A stretch of DNA of 64,000 nt, from contig JAHLWS010000070.1 in assembly GCA_019057795.1 (NCBI GenBank), forward strand, positions 1-64,000, given 5' to 3'. This document shows, piece by piece, positions 61,174 to 64,000 of this stretch. Origin of the DNA: Promethearchaeota archaeon (GTDB lineage Archaea > Asgardarchaeota > Lokiarchaeia > Sigyniarchaeales > SOKP01). The translations under genes and the position numbers were made by a program. The notes under the pieces are model-generated. The model saw only the letters and a list, made by a program, of their open reading frames with translations, made no database searches and was not told the origin of the DNA. Numbering within the stretch: position 1 is the stretch's first letter; each line of letters starts with the position of its first letter.

Positions 61174-62211
61174 TTATGAGATTTTTAATAAAACTTTTCC
61201 AAATTGTTTTCCTTCATTCAAATAGTTCTCAGCGTCTACAACCAGTTCTAGTGGAAATATTTTATCTACAATTGGTTTTAATTTGTTTTCAAAAATTAAT
61301 TTCATTACTTCCCTAAACTCTCTTTGGTTACTCATAGTAGAACCTATAACTTTTAGTTGTTTCCAAAAGATTTGGCGAATGTCAATTTCAGTTATTGGGC
61401 CTGTTGTGGCTCCTGGAGTAACTAAACGCCCTCCAGGCTTTAACAAGCGTAAACTGTTTTGAAACGTAAGTTTTCCAATACTATCAACTACGACATCAAC
61501 TCCATGTCTTTTCGTTATTTCAGTAAAGACATATTTACCGAAGTTGGGATTATCTCTATAGTTGATTACATAATCAGCACCTAACTCTTTTGCTTTTTTA
61601 ATTTTTTCAGAATTACTAGTAGTAGTTATGACCGTTGCTCCTAAAAACTTAGCAATCTGAATTGCCGCAGTAGACACACCACCACCAGCTCCATGGATAA
61701 GGATAAATTCTCCATGAAGTAGATTAGCTTGGGTAGTTAAAAGCCTCCACGCAGTTAGAAAGGTCAAAGGAGCTGCTGCAGCTAACATAAGAGATAAATT
61801 ATCTGGTATTTTTATTACATTTTCTTCTGGAACCTTAAAAAATTCGCAATAAGTCCCCCATTGATGTTCCCCCATTATTGAAAAACTCTTGCAAAAGTTT
61901 TGATTTCCGGACAAACAAAACTGACATTTTCCACAGCTTAATCCAGGGTTAATAGTTACTCTCTCTCCTTCGCTTACAGTCGTTACAGCAGACCCAACTT
62001 CTTTTATTATTCCACTTCCGTCGCTTCCTAAAATATGGGGCATTTTTATATTTAAACCTGTCCAACCTTTAATTAGAAAAACATCAATATGGTTTAAAGC
62101 TCCAAATTTTGTTTGAATTAATACTTCGTTTGGTTTTAATTTAGGAATATCAAGATTTCCAATTATTAATTGGTCTAAATCACCGTGATTTTTAATGAAG
62201 GCTGCTTTCAT
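61174..62211 (-). CDS. Zinc-binding alcohol dehydrogenase / quinone oxidoreductase family
   Basis: PHILGSDGSG, CGKCQFC....C, GAGGGV, FGKV; likely start at MKAAFI. Confidence 0.9.
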   Translation of the reverse strand: MKAAFIKNHGDLDQLIIGNLDIPKLKPNEVLIQTKFGALNHIDVFLIKGWTGLNIKMPHILGSDGSGIIKEVGSAVTTVSEGERVTINPGLSCGKCQFCLSGNQNFCKSFSIMGEHQWGTYCEFFKVPEENVIKIPDNLSLMLAAAAPLTFLTAWRLLTTQANLLHGEFILIHGAGGGVSTAAIQIAKFLGATVITTTSNSEKIKKAKELGADYVINYRDNPNFGKYVFTEITKRHGVDVVVDSIGKLTFQNSLRLLKPGGRLVTPGATTGPITEIDIRQIFWKQLKVIGSTMSNQREFREVMKLIFENKLKPIVDKIFPLELVVDAENYLNEGKQFGKVLLKIS

Positions 62212-62325
62212 AATTTCTGAATTAAAATTATAATTATTAAACATTTCATTTCTAAATTATAAAATAAGCCAAAAAAAACTTTATGATCTATAAGAAAAGA
62301 GAAGTATTAGAAAGACTGATGTTCC

Positions 62326-62724
62326 TTAAATGGAAGATAACTTTTCTAAATCTGGTGTAGCGTTTTCAACAGCCCAATCGATGAGTTGGTCGTAATAAGA
62401 TTCAATTTCATTAGATTCCGGACTTTTTGATAGGACCGCTAAAATGAATTGCGTTTTTTTATCTGCCATAATTATATTTCGACAAATAATAAAATCTTCT
62501 GAATATTTAATCTTTATACTAGAAAGTTTAGATAAATTCATTTCCTCAGACGCATTTGATGCAGCATCACTTAATAATGAGCCCATTGCCGCAACAACCC
62601 GTTCATCAATGTCTTCTGATTTTTGCGATGCTAAAACTAGTCCTGCATTTGTAGCTAGAAGAGAAGCTCTAAAATTACCGTTATCATTTAATTCTTTGAG
62701 AACTTGGTCAAGTCTGCTTACCAT
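62326..62724 (-). CDS. Roadblock/LC7 domain protein
   Basis: L..LN....ASLLAT..GLVLAS....DERVVAAM. Confidence 0.8.
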   Translation of the reverse strand: MVSRLDQVLKELNDNGNFRASLLATNAGLVLASQKSEDIDERVVAAMGSLLSDAASNASEEMNLSKLSSIKIKYSEDFIICRNIIMADKKTQFILAVLSKSPESNEIESYYDQLIDWAVENATPDLEKLSSI

Positions 62725-62815
62725 AAGAAATATTCACTCATTAAGTATTATTACATAATTGTAAAAAATTCTCGCTTAACTTTACTATGTATAAATATTA
62801 TAAACGATTTAATAT

Positions 62816-63352
62816 TTAATTTTTCCTTATTGTCTTTTTTATGTTTATTATAAATGTAGATAAAATGTTATCTTCATCAATTTTTAGCGTTATAACGCTT
62901 GGTCTCGATATAGGTTTTTCAAAGCCTCTTTTTGGAATAGGTGCTTTAGGTTTTGTAGGACTTCCCGGATTAATTATTAAAGTATTGTACGGTGTACCTG
63001 CTATGAGTGGCTGATGTGTATGTCCAAAAATAAGGATGTGGAGGTTTTTTCGCTTAAAAAAGTCTTCTAAATTATCAGGTTTCTTGTGAATTACGCCAAT
63101 GTTATAATTTTCAACATGAAATTTAATAAATGTCTCTAATCCCGTTATTTCATCTAAATCGCTTTTTACACATCTGATTGGAGCGATTTTTTTCAAATCT
63201 TCTAAGAAAAAAGGTTCACATACATCTCCAGCATGTATGATTTCGTCAACATCTTCGAAGACTTCTTTTAATTGATTAATTAAAGTTTCAACTAAATTAG
63301 GCTCATCATTCTTTGTTATGTGAGTATCTGAAATAATCCCTAATTTTACCAT
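62816..63352 (-). CDS. YfcE/MJ0936/Vps29-family metallophosphoesterase
   Basis: ISDTH, HAGD, FGHTH, NPGS. Confidence 0.88.
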   Translation of the reverse strand: MVKLGIISDTHITKNDEPNLVETLINQLKEVFEDVDEIIHAGDVCEPFFLEDLKKIAPIRCVKSDLDEITGLETFIKFHVENYNIGVIHKKPDNLEDFFKRKNLHILIFGHTHQPLIAGTPYNTLIINPGSPTKPKAPIPKRGFEKPISRPSVITLKIDEDNILSTFIINIKKTIRKN

Positions 63353-63364
63353 TTTTTTTTTTCG

Positions 63365-64000
63365 CTATAATATAATTATTACCATAATAAAAATAATCAA
63401 ACCGAATAAAAAATCCATCATTATCCTAACAATTTTTTTTAACCAACCCTCTCCCATCTCATTATCTTTTTTGAAATATGAAATAAATTCTTTAAAACCT
63501 AATGATAAACTTTCTTTGATTCGAGAGAATTGCCAAACAAACAAAATTATACTGATAATTAATAATGGAACGTAAACAATAAAGCTCATGAATGAAAAAT
63601 CGTTACCATGTATAAAATTCCAAATTGAATGGGCTGTAATAATATTATTTACTGCATGAGCAAAAATTACTGGAAATATCCAATGTCGTCTTAAAACCAG
63701 CATCGCAAGAATAATTCCTACTAAAAAAGTTTGTAAAAACCATATAATAGGAAAAATTATTGGTAACCCGATACTAGATATCGTAAAAATATAACTAAAA
63801 TGTCCTAAACCAAAAACAAAGGAAGTAATAATTACGGCAGACATTTTTTTAAAGTAATCACTTCCTCTATTAGCTAAAAAACCTCTAAATAATGTTTCCT
63901 CAAATATAGCGACAGAAATTTGTATTATAATAACAGATAGAAGAAACACGTAATAACTCTCCATAAAGTAAGAGTTGAAAGATAATTCATCCATTGGGTT
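63365..64000 (-). CDS. CPBP (CAAX/Abi) intramembrane metalloprotease, probably 5'-truncated by window edge
   Basis: EETLFRG, FGLGH, HAVNN; frame is open to the window end. Confidence 0.85.
   Translation of the reverse strand, partial: NPMDELSFNSYFMESYYVFLLSVIIIQISVAIFEETLFRGFLANRGSDYFKKMSAVIITSFVFGLGHFSYIFTISSIGLPIIFPIIWFLQTFLVGIILAMLVLRRHWIFPVIFAHAVNNIITAHSIWNFIHGNDFSFMSFIVYVPLLIISIILFVWQFSRIKESLSLGFKEFISYFKKDNEMGEGWLKKIVRIMMDFLFGLIIFIMVIIIL

Noticed and set aside
62919-62941. BHB-like fold (AAAG/CTTT) in the phosphoesterase gene
   Set aside because: Removing 23 nt would frameshift an intact ORF, and the flanking stems are weak.
1-64000. CRISPR array or rRNA genes
   Set aside because: No regularly spaced repeats and no long GC-rich rRNA-like tracts were seen.

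Overview
AT-rich archaeal chromosomal window, most likely Asgard archaea (Lokiarchaeia/Promethearchaeia). Support: a Loki-type profilin, longin-like and roadblock proteins, and core archaeal genes (TFB, proteasome alpha, exosome rrp4/41/42, SBDS, L37ae, Pcc1, Cgi121, Sua5, prefoldin beta, Cdc48, FEN1, Nob1, aIF5A, SRP54, por operon). The main result is a set of short bulge-helix-bulge (BHB) introns. Three interrupt protein-coding genes that the ORF track shows as fragments: two in a phosphofructokinase gene (27462-27492 and 27778-27807, both at a GGA G|AC Gly-Asp junction in conserved motifs) and one in an alpha/beta-hydrolase gene (60614-60646, inside HPHPQYGG). Cutting after the second bulge nucleotide, as in archaeal tRNA splicing, restores each motif and reading frame. 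Three of four tRNAs also carry BHB introns: one canonical (37/38), one in the D-stem (23/24) and one in the acceptor stem (6/7). Other points of interest: tandem RHH-HisKA-REC proteins lacking a kinase domain, a DHDPS-like/APH-kinase fusion, a PD-(D/E)XK-type nuclease between tRNA genes, an RPH-like two-gene insertion in the exosome superoperon, a partial ISL3-like transposase and an MFS pseudogene. All calls come from reading the sequence by eye; no searches were run.
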